From an uncultured Solirubrobacterales bacterium (GTDB lineage: Bacteria > Actinomycetota > Thermoleophilia > Solirubrobacterales > Solirubrobacteraceae): a stretch of 64,000 nucleotides of DNA. A model generated the notes under the pieces. The model had not been told where the DNA came from and searched no databases. It saw nothing but the letters and a program-made list of their open reading frames with translations. The stretch spans positions 13,292 to 77,291 of the forward strand of contig CAWGIH010000004.1 of assembly GCA_963822625.1 (NCBI GenBank). The letters are read 5' to 3'. The position numbers and the translations under genes are program-made. This document shows positions 50,355-61,473 of this stretch, piece by piece; position 1 is the first letter of the stretch; every line of letters starts with the position of its first letter.

Positions 50355-51913
50355 TTACCCACGGCGAGCTCTGCGCGTGAGGCCGCCGATGCGGGCCTCG
50401 GCGAGCGCCAGGTGGGCGGCGGCATGTCCAGGCACGCCGTGAACGGCACCGCCCGGGAACGTCGCCGCGCTGCCGATGTACAGGCCGCGCACCGGCGTGC
50501 GATAGGGGGCAAGCGAAGGAACGGGACGGAAGATCACCTGGCGCAGCACGTAGCTGCCACCGCCCACGTCGCCCCCGAGGAGGTTGGCGTTGCGCGCCTG
50601 CAGCTCAGCGGGCCCGAGCACGTGGCGCGCGAGGATCCGCTCGCGAAAGCCGGGGGCGAAGCGCTCGATCTGGGCCTCCATGCGCTCGACGTGGCGAACC
50701 TGCTCCTGCTGCCAATCGACGGAGTGGGGACCGTGCGTGTAGGCCCAGGCGGTGTGCTTACCCGCGGGCGCGCGCGAGGGGTCGGCGAGCGACTGCTGTC
50801 CGAGCAGCATGAACGGGCGCTCCGGCAGGCCGCCGTCGCGATCGCGGCCGCGATCGCTGTACGCCGTTGCCCGCAGCACCTCGGCCGCCGACCCTCCGAC
50901 GTGGACCGTGCCGGCTTCGCGAGCCTCCGGCGCGGTCCAGGGAATCGGGCCGTCGAGCGCCCAGTCGATCTTCAGCGTCGCGGGGCCCATGCGGTAGCGG
51001 CGAAGCGCGCGCGCGTAGCGCACCGGCAACGCATCGCCCGCGAGCGTGGCGAGCGCCCCGGCATCACGTCGGCGATCACGAGCGGTGCGGCGAGTCGTTC
51101 GCCGTCCGCCAGCTCCACCCCGACCACACGGTTGCGCTCGACGGCGAGCCTCGTGACCGTCGCGCCCGTGCGCAGCGTGCCACCCAGCTCGCCAAGGTAG
51201 GCGAGGAGTGCCTCGGCGAGCCTGCCGGCGCCACCCTCGGGACTCGGCCAGCCGACCCCATGGCCGAGCAGGTTCATGTAGGCGCCGGCGATCGCACTGC
51301 CGCGACCAGCTGGCGGCACGTCCGAGTGCATCGCCGAGCCGTATAGCCACGCACGCGCACCGTCGCCCTCGAAGAGCTTCTCGCCCAACCTCTGGGCGGG
51401 CATCAGCAGCAGCCGCGTGAAGTCGAGCATCCGGCGTGGGCCGAGTCCGGCAGCCAAGCGCAGCGCGCCCCGGACCGGCGGAAAGCCACCGAGCATCGTC
51501 TGGCGCAAGGCATCGAAGTGCGAGATGAACGGCGCGGCGAATATCCGCCAGCGCTCGCCATCGCCCGGGTGGATCCGCTCGAGGCTCGCGACGGTGCGAT
51601 CGAGGTCGCGGTACAGAGCCACGGCGCTGCCGTCTGGCAGCGGGTGCGCAAGGCAGGCCGCCGGGTGGATCCAGCGCAGACCGTGACGCTCGAGCCCCAT
51701 GCGCGCGAACACGGGCGAGGCCGCGCCGGCCGGGAACACCGAGGAGAAGGTGTCGTGGTGGAATCCCGGCAGCGTGAGCTCCTCGGTCGCCACCGCGCCG
51801 CCGGCGCGCTCGGCCGCCTCCAGCACGAGCACCCGCCGCCCTGACTGCGCGAGCGCGATCGCCGCCGCAAGCCCGTTGGGCCCGGACCCGACTACCAAAG
51901 CGTCGTAGCTCAT
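50355..51913 (-). CDS. Phytoene dehydrogenase-like NAD(P)/FAD oxidoreductase (frameshifted)
   Basis: MSYDALVVGSGPNGLAAA, ELTLPGFHHD, DPSRAPAGKHTAWAY, SAATFPGGAVHGVPG. Confidence 0.9.
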
Positions 51914-51931
51914 GCGAACATAATGCCCGCG

Positions 51932-52937
51932 ATGCGCCACCAGAGCTCGATCACGTCGCTGTCGTGGATTCCCTCGGAGGCGATCGAGGGATCGCAGCGG
52001 CTCGCCTTCGACGCCGGCATGGCCCACTACGACGAACCCCCGCCGGAAGCGATCGAGGACCTGCAGGCCCTGCGCGACGCCGATCGCTTCCGCTTCGCCA
52101 ACGTCCTGCAGGCGTGGGTGGAGGCCGATGAGCAGGGAAACATCACCGGCTTTGGGCAGGGCGGCGGTGGGCTGATGGGCTCGACGACGGTCAAGCTCGG
52201 TCCCGTGGCGCGCACGTTCGAGGCGATCGGCCTGCCCGACCTCACGCCCAAGCCCGTCAAGGGCGATGGCTGGGTGCGTTTTACGCAGACCGTCGGCGGG
52301 CGTACCGGTGTGCCGGCCCCGCGGCCGGTGCGGCGCAAGCCGTTCGTGCAATGGCAAGCGCCGCTGGTGTGGACGACGCTGGAGCTGACGATCCACGCCG
52401 ATGGCAAGGTCAAGGGGCAGATGAGCGGCGCAAGCCGCTTCCCGCGACACTGGGTCTACGACGCCACGGGACAGCTGAGCCACAAGTCCGGGCTCGCCGA
52501 TTTCAAGGACTGGTACCGCAAGTCCTTCGGTAAGCACACCCCCTGGGGCGACACCGACTCCAAGGCGCTCGTGACCGCTGTCGAGACGGCGCTCGAGCGG
52601 ACGCTCTCGGCGCAGATCATGCAGGGCGGCTCCAAGCCGGAGATCCGCAAGGTCAAGGCCGGGACCGCGCTGGTCACACAGGGCGAAGCCGGCTCGGAGG
52701 TGTTCCTGCTGCTCGATGGCGTGCTGCGGGTCGAGCAGGACGGCACGCGCTTGGCGGAGTATGGCCCGGGCGCGCTGCTCGGCGAGCGCGCGCATCTGGA
52801 CGGTGGCGGGCGGACCTCGACGCTCGTGGCCGTGACGCCATGCCGAGGTTGCCTGCGTTGAGGCGGAGCAGCTCGATCGCGCGTCGCTGCAGGAGCTCTC
52901 CAAGGATCACCGCCGGACGCGCCCCGACCGGAGCTGA
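51932..52937 (+). CDS. Protein with uncharacterised N-terminal domain and C-terminal cNMP-binding domain (3' frameshift)
   Basis: LVTQGEAGSEVFLLLDG..GPGALLGERA..RTSTLVAVTPC. Confidence 0.85.
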
Positions 52938-52942
52938 GCCGC

Positions 52943-53863
52943 TTGCGGATCAACTTCTGCGGCGTGCGGGGATCGACCCCCGCGCCCGGCATCGACTTCG
53001 TCCGTTACGGCGGACACACCTCGTGTCTGGCGCTGGCGCACAGTGGGGGCTCAGAAGCATCGGGAGGCTCCGCGGCGCCACAGGAGGGGCAGCCTGGCAC
53101 GGGAGGGCCGGGCTCGAAGGGACAGTGCCCCACGCTGATCCTCGACGCCGGGGCGGGACTGCAGACGGTCTCCGCTGGGCTGCTCGACGGCGCCCCGTTC
53201 GAGGGCTCGATCCTGCTCACCCATCTGCACTGGGATCACGTGCTGGGGCTGCCGTTCTTTGCGTCGGGCGACAATCTGCGCTCGCGCGTCAGCGTGATCC
53301 TTCCCGAGCAAGAGAATGGCGAGCCGGCGGACGTCGTGCTCGGCGGGATGATGTCCCCTCCCTACTTCCCGGTGAAACCGACACAGCTACGCGGGGATTG
53401 GAGCTTTGCGACGATCGCCCCGGGCGAGCGGCAGATCGAGGGGTTCACCGTGCTCGCGCGCGAGATCCCGCACAAGGGCGGGCGCACCTTCGGCTACCGG
53501 ATCAGCGACGGACACTCGACGCTCACCTATATGCCAGACCACTGCCCCACGACGCTTGGCCCCGGCGAGGACGGCTTTGGCGAGTACCACGCCGCGGCGC
53601 TCGAGTTGGCCAGAGATGCCGACGTGCTCGTGCACGACGCTCAGCTCTTCCCGGCAGAGCTCCCCGCGGAAGCGGATTTCGGGCACGCCGCCGCCGATTA
53701 CGCCGTCGAGCTCGCCCGGCGTGCGGGCACACGCTCGGTGGTGCTGTTCCATCACCGCCACGACCGTACCGATGACGCCCTCGACGGATTGGCGCAGCGG
53801 TTGGGCGGTGGCTCCGCCCCCGAGGTGAGTGTTGCTCGCGAGGGCTCAGTGCTCGATTTGTAG
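52943..53863 (+). CDS. MBL-fold metallo-hydrolase (RNase Z / cNMP phosphodiesterase-like)
   Basis: GVRGSTPAPG..RYGGHTSC, ILDAGAG, THLHWDHVLGLPFF, VHDAQ, FHHRH. Confidence 0.88.
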   Translation: MRINFCGVRGSTPAPGIDFVRYGGHTSCLALAHSGGSEASGGSAAPQEGQPGTGGPGSKGQCPTLILDAGAGLQTVSAGLLDGAPFEGSILLTHLHWDHVLGLPFFASGDNLRSRVSVILPEQENGEPADVVLGGMMSPPYFPVKPTQLRGDWSFATIAPGERQIEGFTVLAREIPHKGGRTFGYRISDGHSTLTYMPDHCPTTLGPGEDGFGEYHAAALELARDADVLVHDAQLFPAELPAEADFGHAAADYAVELARRAGTRSVVLFHHRHDRTDDALDGLAQRLGGGSAPEVSVAREGSVLDL

Positions 53864-53871
53864 TTGTACTC

Positions 53872-54502
53872 CTAGGTCTTGTGGTTTTTCTTTTTGTAGT
53901 GCCCCGGCCAGTCGCGATAAGGCGATACGGCTTATCTCCCTGATTTGGCCGTGATTGCCCCACTCGTTTGCGCCCAGACGCGAAAGCGGTTTTAGTCGAT
54001 CGATCGCCGGGCGGCCGTTCTCGATTACCTCCTCGTCCACGACCGCGTGAACGACGCGACCCATCACGACCGTCCCCAACCCAAAGTTCACTGTCGAATG
54101 TAGTGTGCACTCCAGCGCCATCGGCGAGCACGCGACGCGGGGAGGGGCAACGCGCAGGCTAGGCTCGCGCTCGATTCCCACCGCGTCGAACTCACTCACC
54201 TCGGCAGGAAAATCGGTGCCCGTCGCATTTATCTGCTCAAATAATCTCTCGGGCGCCAAACAGACGACAAACTCGCGAGTCTGCTCGACGTTGATCAGTG
54301 AATTCTTGCGTCCCACCGAGGTGAACTGCACGATCGGGGGGTCCACCGAGGAGACTGTGAAGAACGAATGCGGCGCGAGGTTGTCGATCCCGCCGGGCGA
54401 GCGGGTGGAGACCCAGGCGATCGGCCGGGGCACGACCACGGAGGTGAGGAAGGAGTAGAAGGCGCCGCCGAGGACGGCGGGATCGATGTCGACACGCGTC
54501 AT
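53872..54502 (-). CDS. Flavin reductase (DIM6/NTAB) family protein
   Basis: VVPRPIAWVST, NLAPHSFF, VAPPRV, PLSRLG; probable 3' frameshift. Confidence 0.88.
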
Positions 54503-54561
54503 TGCCGGAGTATGACCGGCGGTATGGGATGTCGAGATCCGCGGCTTCTAGCCATCCGCTT

Positions 54562-55161
54562 CTAGCCATCCGCCACAGTACGCTCGCGGGCGCGGGGGCG
54601 TGTTTTGACAAGCGCCCGGATGGTCTCGCGCGCACCGGGCACCGCCTGACCGGCTTCCAGCTCGATCAGCGCCGCCTCGCTGGTCATCGCGACAAACAGC
54701 CGCGCCGCGATCGGCGCGGGTGTCATCCCCATCGCCAGCAGGCTGGGTTGCGCGAGCAGCGCGAACAGCTCCTCCCGTTGCGCCATCGTCGTGGTCAGCT
54801 CTCCCTGCGCGCGCGTCTCGAACACGAGCGCCTTGACTGCCCGATTTGCCAGACACACGTCCAGATAGGCGTCGATGGCGCTTAGCAGCAGCCTTCTTCC
54901 CGGAGCGAGACCCTGAACAGCATCGGCAACCGCCTCGCTGACACGGGCGTAGAAGCGCTGATGCAGGGCATCGATGAACGTGTCGCGATCGGCGAAATAG
55001 ACGTAGAAGGTCCCCTTGGCAACACCGGCTTGCTCGGCGACAGCAGCGACACTCAGGCCGCTCAGGCCGCGCCGTTCGGCCACCACCACACCGGCCTGGA
55101 GTAAAGCCTCGCGCGTGCGCCGGCCCTTCGGGGTTACCGGTTCGGTCTCAGCATGGGACAT
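54562..55161 (-). CDS. TetR/AcrR-family regulator
   Basis: TREALLQAG..GLSVAAVAEQAGVAKGTFYVYF. Confidence 0.92.
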   Translation of the reverse strand: MSHAETEPVTPKGRRTREALLQAGVVVAERRGLSGLSVAAVAEQAGVAKGTFYVYFADRDTFIDALHQRFYARVSEAVADAVQGLAPGRRLLLSAIDAYLDVCLANRAVKALVFETRAQGELTTTMAQREELFALLAQPSLLAMGMTPAPIAARLFVAMTSEAALIELEAGQAVPGARETIRALVKTRPRARERTVADG

Positions 55162-55179
55162 CGAGGAGTCGAGGTTACA

Positions 55180-55215
55180 TGACCCATAGGTCAGCTAAAA
55201 CTGACTACTGAGTCA
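55180..55215. promoter_or_regulatory. Two palindromic putative TetR operators
   Basis: TGACC-CATA-GGTCA (55180-55193) and TGACT-ACTG-AGTCA (55202-55215) between divergent tetR and hydrolase genes. Confidence 0.75.
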
Positions 55216-55267
55216 TAAATATGTTAGGTTACCGTTCCTGCCCGTCTCACCGAGGAATGGAGAAGTC

Positions 55268-56170
55268 GTGATGGCCGCTTCGGACGCGTTGAGCACCGAC
55301 CTTCCCGCGCACCTCTGGCGCTCGCCCCTGCTGGGAGATCTGAAGGAGGTCGAACTCAACGCGGGACATTTGGACTACTTCGAGCGAGGCGATGGCCCTG
55401 TGCTCGTGTTCGCTCACGGTTGGCTTGCCAATGCAAATCTCTGGCGCAACGTCGTCGATTCCCTCGCTAACCGCTTTAGCTGCATCACGCTCGATTTGCC
55501 GCTCGGATCGCATCGGCGTGCCATGAGTGTCGATGCAAACCTCAGCCCGGTCGGCTGCGGCGAGCTGATCGCCGACGTGCTGGCGAGGATCGACCTCGAC
55601 GATGTCACGCTCGTGGGCAACGACTCCGGTGGCGCTTACTCGCAAATTGCAACGGCCGCGCACCCAGAGCGGATCGCTTCGCTAGTGCTGAACTCATGCG
55701 AGACGCCCTATGACGCGTTCCCGCCACCACCGTTCGACGGCCTGCCAGCGATGGCCAACGACCCCGCCGTGCTGGGCCAGCTGTTTGAGGTGCTCCGCGA
55801 CCGAAACATCCGATCCACGCCGCCCGCATATGGCCTGCTGATCAAGCACCCGATCGACGATCTCGTCTCGGACTCCTACGCCCTGCCATCGGTCACGAAC
55901 CCCGACATCCTGCGGGACACCAGCAAGGTCATGTCCTCTGCCTCATCGGACCCGGTGCACGCAGCGGGACGAGACCTGATCGCGGCGTTTGGCCGTCCTG
56001 TGCTCCTCGCCTGGGGACCGGAGGACCAGGTCTTCCCGCTTGCCCACGCAGAGCGCTATGCCACACAGCTCTCCGACGGCCGAGTCACCCGCATCGATGA
56101 CGCCTACAGCTTCACGCCCGAGGACCAGCCACAGCGACTCGCCGAGGCGATCGCGCGGTTCTGCGCCTGA
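55268..56170 (+). CDS. Alpha/beta hydrolase
   Basis: FAHGWL, LDLPLGSH, LVGNDSGGAYSQ, FTPEDQP. Confidence 0.9.
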   Translation: MMAASDALSTDLPAHLWRSPLLGDLKEVELNAGHLDYFERGDGPVLVFAHGWLANANLWRNVVDSLANRFSCITLDLPLGSHRRAMSVDANLSPVGCGELIADVLARIDLDDVTLVGNDSGGAYSQIATAAHPERIASLVLNSCETPYDAFPPPPFDGLPAMANDPAVLGQLFEVLRDRNIRSTPPAYGLLIKHPIDDLVSDSYALPSVTNPDILRDTSKVMSSASSDPVHAAGRDLIAAFGRPVLLAWGPEDQVFPLAHAERYATQLSDGRVTRIDDAYSFTPEDQPQRLAEAIARFCA

Positions 56171-56178
56171 TCAGCCCG

Positions 56179-56786
56179 CTAACGGGACATGAGCGAGGGG
56201 AGCTTCAGCAGTACGCGCGGGATATCACGACGCGAGCGGTTGAGCGCCTGCTTGCACTGGTGCCGCGGCATCAGAGCCATGCACGCCGGGCCCGGGTCCA
56301 ACCCGGAGGTGCTCGGGCAGAAATGTGCCGAGCCGCCAGGGAGGCCTGAGTCGCAGGATCGGATGGACACCCACGAGTCCCGGGCCAGGGGCAAACAGAG
56401 GAGCGGTGCCCAGTGCCTCGGCGACGACGAGCGCATGGCGCTGCGGCCACCAAAGCGCGACCTCACGCCAGCGTCGGTGATTGATGACCTGAGTAACGAG
56501 GAAGGGCGAGTCCGGAAGCTCGCTCGGGGCGGGAAGGTGGGGCACGCCCAGCCGGGCGGGCGGGCACGGACGCGCAATCGCGGTTGTGGCGATCGAGCAA
56601 CTGAAGCACCGCATGGGGCTTACCGAGCTCGCTGACCTTCGCCATCGTCTCGGGCTCATCAACCGATCGATCAACCACACCCGGCCATCGCCGAGCAGCG
56701 CATGAGAGGTGCGCCATCGGCTCGTTCATCACCCAGCTCAAGCCGAAGGAATGCTCCTCGACTATGGCAACGCCCAGAGGGGGCAC
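56179..56786 (-). CDS. Hypothetical MBL-like protein (frameshifted)
   Basis: SHAL..DGRVWLID, VLQLLDRHNRDC, WREVALWWP, LVVAEALG across frames. Confidence 0.6.
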
Positions 56787-56831
56787 CCTAAGGCAGACTG
56801 GGGAGCCTAGATGAACAAATCCATAAGGCCT

Positions 56832-57581
56832 TCAGCGATAGTCGGGGTTTGGGAAGTCGGGCCGGCAGCCGGCATCCCATGCCTCGGGCTGGTTGCCATG
56901 CGCGGGGATGCCGCCCGCATCCTTCAGCATCCGCGCGAGGTGCAGCAGGTTCCAGCTCATGAAGGTGGTGTTGCGGTTGGTGAAGTCGTTCTGCGGACCA
57001 CCCGAGCCCTCGTCCAGATAGCTCGGTCCGGGGCCGACCCCGCCGAGCCATGCGGAATCGGCCTGCGGTGGGATCGTGTAGCCGAGGTGCGCCAGCGAGT
57101 AGAGGATGTTCATCGCGCAGTGCTTGGCGCCATCCTCGTTACCAGTGATGATGCAGCCTGCGGCTTTCCCGTAGTAGGCCCACTGTCCCTGCTCGCTCAG
57201 CAGGTGGCTATTGCCGTACAGCCGCTCGATCACGCGCGTGCAGACCGATGATTTCTCGCCCAGCCAGATCGGGGAGAGCAGCACGAGGATGTCGGCCGCC
57301 TCGACCTGCTCGTAGATCTCAGGCCAATCGTCGCGCTCGGCGCCGTGCTTGCTCATGTCGGGCTGAACGCCGGTAGCGATCTCGCGATCGACAGCGCGGA
57401 TCAGATCCACCGAGACGCCGTTGCGCTGCATGATCGCGATCGAGACCTCAGCGAGAGCCTGGGTGTTCGAGACCTCTGGAGAGTGCTTGAGCGTGCAGTT
57501 GATGTAGAGCGCGCGCAGATCGGAGAAGTCCCAGTGGGACTGATCGCACAGCTGCTCCTGCGTGGCATCGAGGGGGCTCAC
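56832..57581 (-). CDS. Flavodoxin / NADPH-dependent FMN reductase family protein
   Basis: INCTLK..SNT, ADILVLLSPIWLGE, ITGNEDGAKH. Confidence 0.88.
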   Translation of the reverse strand: MSPLDATQEQLCDQSHWDFSDLRALYINCTLKHSPEVSNTQALAEVSIAIMQRNGVSVDLIRAVDREIATGVQPDMSKHGAERDDWPEIYEQVEAADILVLLSPIWLGEKSSVCTRVIERLYGNSHLLSEQGQWAYYGKAAGCIITGNEDGAKHCAMNILYSLAHLGYTIPPQADSAWLGGVGPGPSYLDEGSGGPQNDFTNRNTTFMSWNLLHLARMLKDAGGIPAHGNQPEAWDAGCRPDFPNPDYR

Positions 57582-57644
57582 GGTCCGCGAAGCTTAGGGC
57601 CTCGAGCTTGGACCGCGGTAGGCCCTGCGCTTAGACTGCGGCGA

Positions 57645-58493
57645 ATGGGGAGCGTGGGTCATGCAGGGCTGGGTCGCGCCAGGTTGGGTCGCGCGGCGGG
57701 ACTCGCCTACCGGGAGGCCGGGGCCTCGAACGACCGCGTGGCGCTGCTGGTGCATGGCTACCCGGAGTCCTCGTACATGTGGCGTGAGGCGCTGAGCGCA
57801 CTGGCGGACGCCGGCTGGCGGGCGCTGGCGCCGGACCTACCCGGCTACGGCGACTCCGCGCCGGGGGCGGGGAGAGGGGCCGGCACATGGGAGCGCCATG
57901 TCGAGGCGCTCGAGCGCTTCGCGGGAGAGCTCGAGCTTGGTCCGGTGGCGCTCGTGACCCACGACTGGGGGGTGATGATCGGGCTGCGGTGGGCCTGCGA
58001 TCACCCAGGCGTGGTGAGCGCTCTGGCAATCTCCGACGGCGGCTTCTTCGCCGACCGGCGCTGGCACGATCTGGCAAACGTAATGCGTAGCTCAGGAGAT
58101 GGCGAGCAGATGATTCGCGCGTACACGCGTGAGGGCTTTCACGGGGCGATGCGCGCTTTCTCGAGCGGCATGAGCGAGCAGGCAATCGATGAGTACTGGA
58201 AGGGCTTCGCTGACGATACCCGCCGTCTCGCGCACCTCGAGCTGTACCGCTCGGGCGACTTCGAGAAGCTCGTTCCGTACGAAGCGCGCCTCGCCGCGCT
58301 CGGCGTTCCGGCGCTGATCCTGTGGGGTGAGGAGGATAAGTTCGCAAGCGCGAAGATGGCGCGGCGCTTCCACGAGGAGCTGGCGGGCTCGGAGCTGGTG
58401 CTGCTCGAGGGCGCCGGGCACTTCGTGTGGGACGACGAGCCCGAGCGCGCCTGCGGTGCGCTTGTCGACTTTCTGGCGCGGCGGGTCGGCTGA
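57645..58493 (+). CDS. Alpha/beta hydrolase (haloalkane dehalogenase/epoxide hydrolase-like)
   Basis: LVHGYPESSYMW, APDLPGYGDS, VTHDWG, GAGHFVW. Confidence 0.9.
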   Translation: MGSVGHAGLGRARLGRAAGLAYREAGASNDRVALLVHGYPESSYMWREALSALADAGWRALAPDLPGYGDSAPGAGRGAGTWERHVEALERFAGELELGPVALVTHDWGVMIGLRWACDHPGVVSALAISDGGFFADRRWHDLANVMRSSGDGEQMIRAYTREGFHGAMRAFSSGMSEQAIDEYWKGFADDTRRLAHLELYRSGDFEKLVPYEARLAALGVPALILWGEEDKFASAKMARRFHEELAGSELVLLEGAGHFVWDDEPERACGALVDFLARRVG

Positions 58494-58512
58494 CTCACGA
58501 GCCCTGATGCTG

Positions 58513-58589
58513 ACTAGGCCTCGCCCTGCTGACTGGGTCTCGCCCTGCTGACTGGGCCTCGCCCTGCGGACTGGGCGTCGGCCTGCTGA
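58513..58589. repeat. 19-bp tandem repeat x4 abutting the MMPL stop codon
   Basis: ctaggcctcgccctgctga / ctgggtctcgccctgctga / ctgggcctcgccctgcgga / ctgggcgtcggcctgctga. Confidence 0.9.
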
Positions 58590-60751
58590 CTACCCCGCGC
58601 TCTCGCTGGGCGCCGTGCGCGGCGGAAGCGAGGGCTCGACGCGCAGCAGCCGGCCGGGAGGTGCGGCAGCCACCAGTTCCAGCGGCCGAACAGCGAGATC
58701 ACAGCGGGCACCAGCAGCGCCCGGATCACGGTCGCGTCGAGCAGGATGCCGGCGGCCAAGCCGGTCGCGAGCACTTTGACTTCCGTCTCCGGACCTGACG
58801 CGAGCGATAGGAAGGCCAGGAACAGGATCAGCGCGGCGCTCGTCACGAGGCGCCCGGTGCGGCCGATGCCCCGCACAACGGCGGCGTCGGTGGAGCCGGT
58901 GGCGTCGTACTCTTCGCGCATGCGCGCGAGGATGAACACCTCGTAGTCCATCGACAGCCCGAACAGGAACGCGAACACCATCAGCGGGATCCAGGCGGTG
59001 ATCGAGCCCGTCGCCGAGATGCCCCAGATCAAATCCGAGCCATGACCGCGCTGCCAGATCAGGTCGAGCACGCCCCAGGCGGCGCCGACGCTGATCACGT
59101 TGAGGATCACCGCCTTGAGCGGCAGAGCAGCGAGCGGAAGGCGCGCGCGAGCAGGATGAACGTGACTATCGCGATCAGCGGCGATCATCAGCGGGAAGTT
59201 GCCGTAGACCGCGTTGATGAAGTCCTCGTTCTGCGCGCTGCAGCCCACCGAGGCGCACTTCGGGGCCGGCGGCGTGCGCAGCTGTGCGCACGCGATCGAG
59301 CACTTGCGGCCGGCGGCGGATGAGCCGTCGGGGGTCGCGAAGGCATCGACGACCGCGGCTCCCGCGTTGCGCCACTGCGGAGAGTCGGGCGCAACCGCGC
59401 CGTGCACGTCAGGCACGGCGGCGAGCGCCGCGGCGACCGCATCGGGTGAAGCCTGGCCTTCGACGAGCGCCTCGTGCGGGATCAGCGCGCCCGAGCCGAT
59501 GCCCGAGCGCTCGAGCGCGAGCAGGCCCTGCTTGGCGTCGCCCTGCTTGGCGATCGTGTTGACGTTGGACAGCCCAAGCTGCAGGTTGCGTCGCGGCGAG
59601 CACGAGCGCCGCGAGCACGAACGCGGCGCCGAGCGCCGCGACCCAGCGGCGGCGCACGATGAGGTTCGCCCAGCCGGTCCACTGCGCGGCTGGCCTTGTC
59701 GTCGTTGCGCACGGTGCGGCCAGTCCAGGCGCGGGCCGAGCTTTGACAGCACGACCGGCAGCAGCGTCACCGCCGACGAGCACGCTGATCAGCGGGATCA
59801 GCAGCCCGCCGTATCCGACCGAGCGCAGGAACGGCAGCGGCAGCGCGACGAGCGCCAGCAGGCCGATCGCGACGGTCGTGCCGCTGAACACGACCGCGCG
59901 TCCGGCCGTCTCCATCGCGCGCACGATCGCCTCGTCGCCCTGCAGCCCGTGCGCGCGCTCCTCGCGCCAGCGAACGACGACGATCAGCGCGTAGTCGATC
60001 GAAACGCCGAGACCGATCAGCGCGACCAGGAACTGCACGATCGGCGAGACTTCGGTGATCGTGGTCAGCCCCCACACGACCAGGAAGGTCGTGAGGATCG
60101 AGACGATCGCCATCATGATCGGCACGATCGCGAGGAACGACGCAAACACGAACGCCAGCACGAGCAGCGCGCCGACACCGCCGAGCAGCGCCTCGACGAG
60201 CACACCGGGGCCGTTGCCGCCGCCGCTCTGGACCGACAGCGCGTCGAAGCCGGTGACGTGCAGCGGCGCGCCCGCGACGGTCGTTCCCTTCAATGCAGCA
60301 GTAGCTTTTTCTGCGGCCTTGGGGTTGTCGCCGAACGGCTGGCTGGGATCGGGGCGCGGGTAGTCGACGATGAACGTCGTGCGCCCGTCCTTGGAAACGA
60401 ACGCGCGGTTGTGAGTGCTCGCGTAGCTGGCGACGCGGCTGCCCGGCAGGATACGCTGCAGGCGCGCTTCGACGGCGCGCAGTTCGTTCTGCACGCGCCG
60501 GCGAGTCGACGGACTCACCGGCGGGCAGCGTGACGACCGGCAGCAGCGGCGAGCTGTTGCCGCCCGTGCCGTGGAAGTCGTGCGCGATCTGCTGGTTGGT
60601 GACCCAGCCTTCCTTGCCGGGCACCGAGAATTTCTGTTTCAGCGCTTTGGTCGCCGAGCCAGCGGAGGCCATGCCGACGAGCGTCAGGACGCACCCAGAA
60701 GATGACGACGATGCGCTTGTGAGCCAGAACCCAGCGTGTCAGCGATGCCAT
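58590..60751 (-). CDS. MMPL/RND-family transporter (frameshifted)
   Basis: GLGVSIDYALIVVVRWREE, TAGRAVVFSGTTV, FGLSMDYEVFILARMREE, TGRLVTSAALIL, DATVIRALLVPA. Confidence 0.93.
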
Positions 60752-60948
60752 GTACGCCCCTTCGTTCTTCGTTCGGTTTGCATTCGGTGTTGCATTTGGT
60801 TGCCGTCTGTCCCTGAGACGGCGCTCGGGCGGAAAGTCATCGGTGCGTTCGACAGGCCATTGGATGACGGGCCTCTTGGGGTCCTGAAGATCCGGCGGGC
60901 CGGTCACCGGGTTTTCTGGTCTGCGGCCGGTTTTCCTTTGATCCTTAG

Positions 60949-60969
60949 ATTATTTGTATCACAAACAAT
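60949..60969. promoter_or_regulatory. AT-rich inverted repeat, putative MarR operator
   Basis: ATTATTTGT-ATC-ACAAACAAT between divergent MMPL and marR genes. Confidence 0.55.
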
Positions 60970-61029
60970 ATATTAGCACGTAGAATGTAGCGTATGTGGG
61001 AGGACAGATAGACATGGGGAAGGCATAGA

Positions 61030-61473
61030 GCATGTGAGGACGGACCGATCCCGGAGCCTGGCGAGTTCCCCGGCTATCTGCTCGCCCGTCTCGGCGAGGC
61101 CTCGCGGCGGCGCTTCCACAAGGCGCTGGAGCCCGAGGGGCTGCATCCGCGTGACTTCGGCGTGATGACGATGGTCGCGGCGCAGCCGGGGATGAGCCAG
61201 CAGCAGCTGCACGAGAAGACGAGCGATCGACCCGAGCTCGATGGTCGCGGTGATCGACGAGCTGGAAGCGCGGGCCTGGCCGAGCGCCGCCCGGACCCCG
61301 ACGACCGCCGCGCGCGCAGCGATCTTCCTGACCGCCCGCGGCCAGCAGACGCTGGAGCGCGTGCGAGCGCTCGCCGGCGAGCTGCAACGCGAGTTCTTCG
61401 CGGCGCTCACTGCCGAGGAGCGCGAGACGCTGCATCGGCGCTGCTGCGCAAGCTCGCCGGCTCGGCGGAGTGA
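61030..61473 (+). CDS. MarR-family regulator (frameshifted, start uncertain)
   Basis: PGYLLARLG..ALEPEGLHPRDFGV..SQQQL..SMVAVIDELE..RRPDPDDRRA..LTARG. Confidence 0.85.
   Translation, partial: ACEDGPIPEPGEFPGYLLARLGEASRRRFHKALEPEGLHPRDFGVMTMVAAQPGMSQQQLHEKTSDRPELDGRGDRRAGSAGLAERRPDPDDRRARSDLPDRPRPADAGARASARRRAATRVLRGAHCRGARDAASALLRKLAGSAE

Noticed and set aside
60752-60948. Riboswitch or ncRNA in the long MMPL leader
   Set aside because: Only short GC-rich palindromes are present and no recognisable aptamer consensus. An Infernal/Rfam search would be needed.
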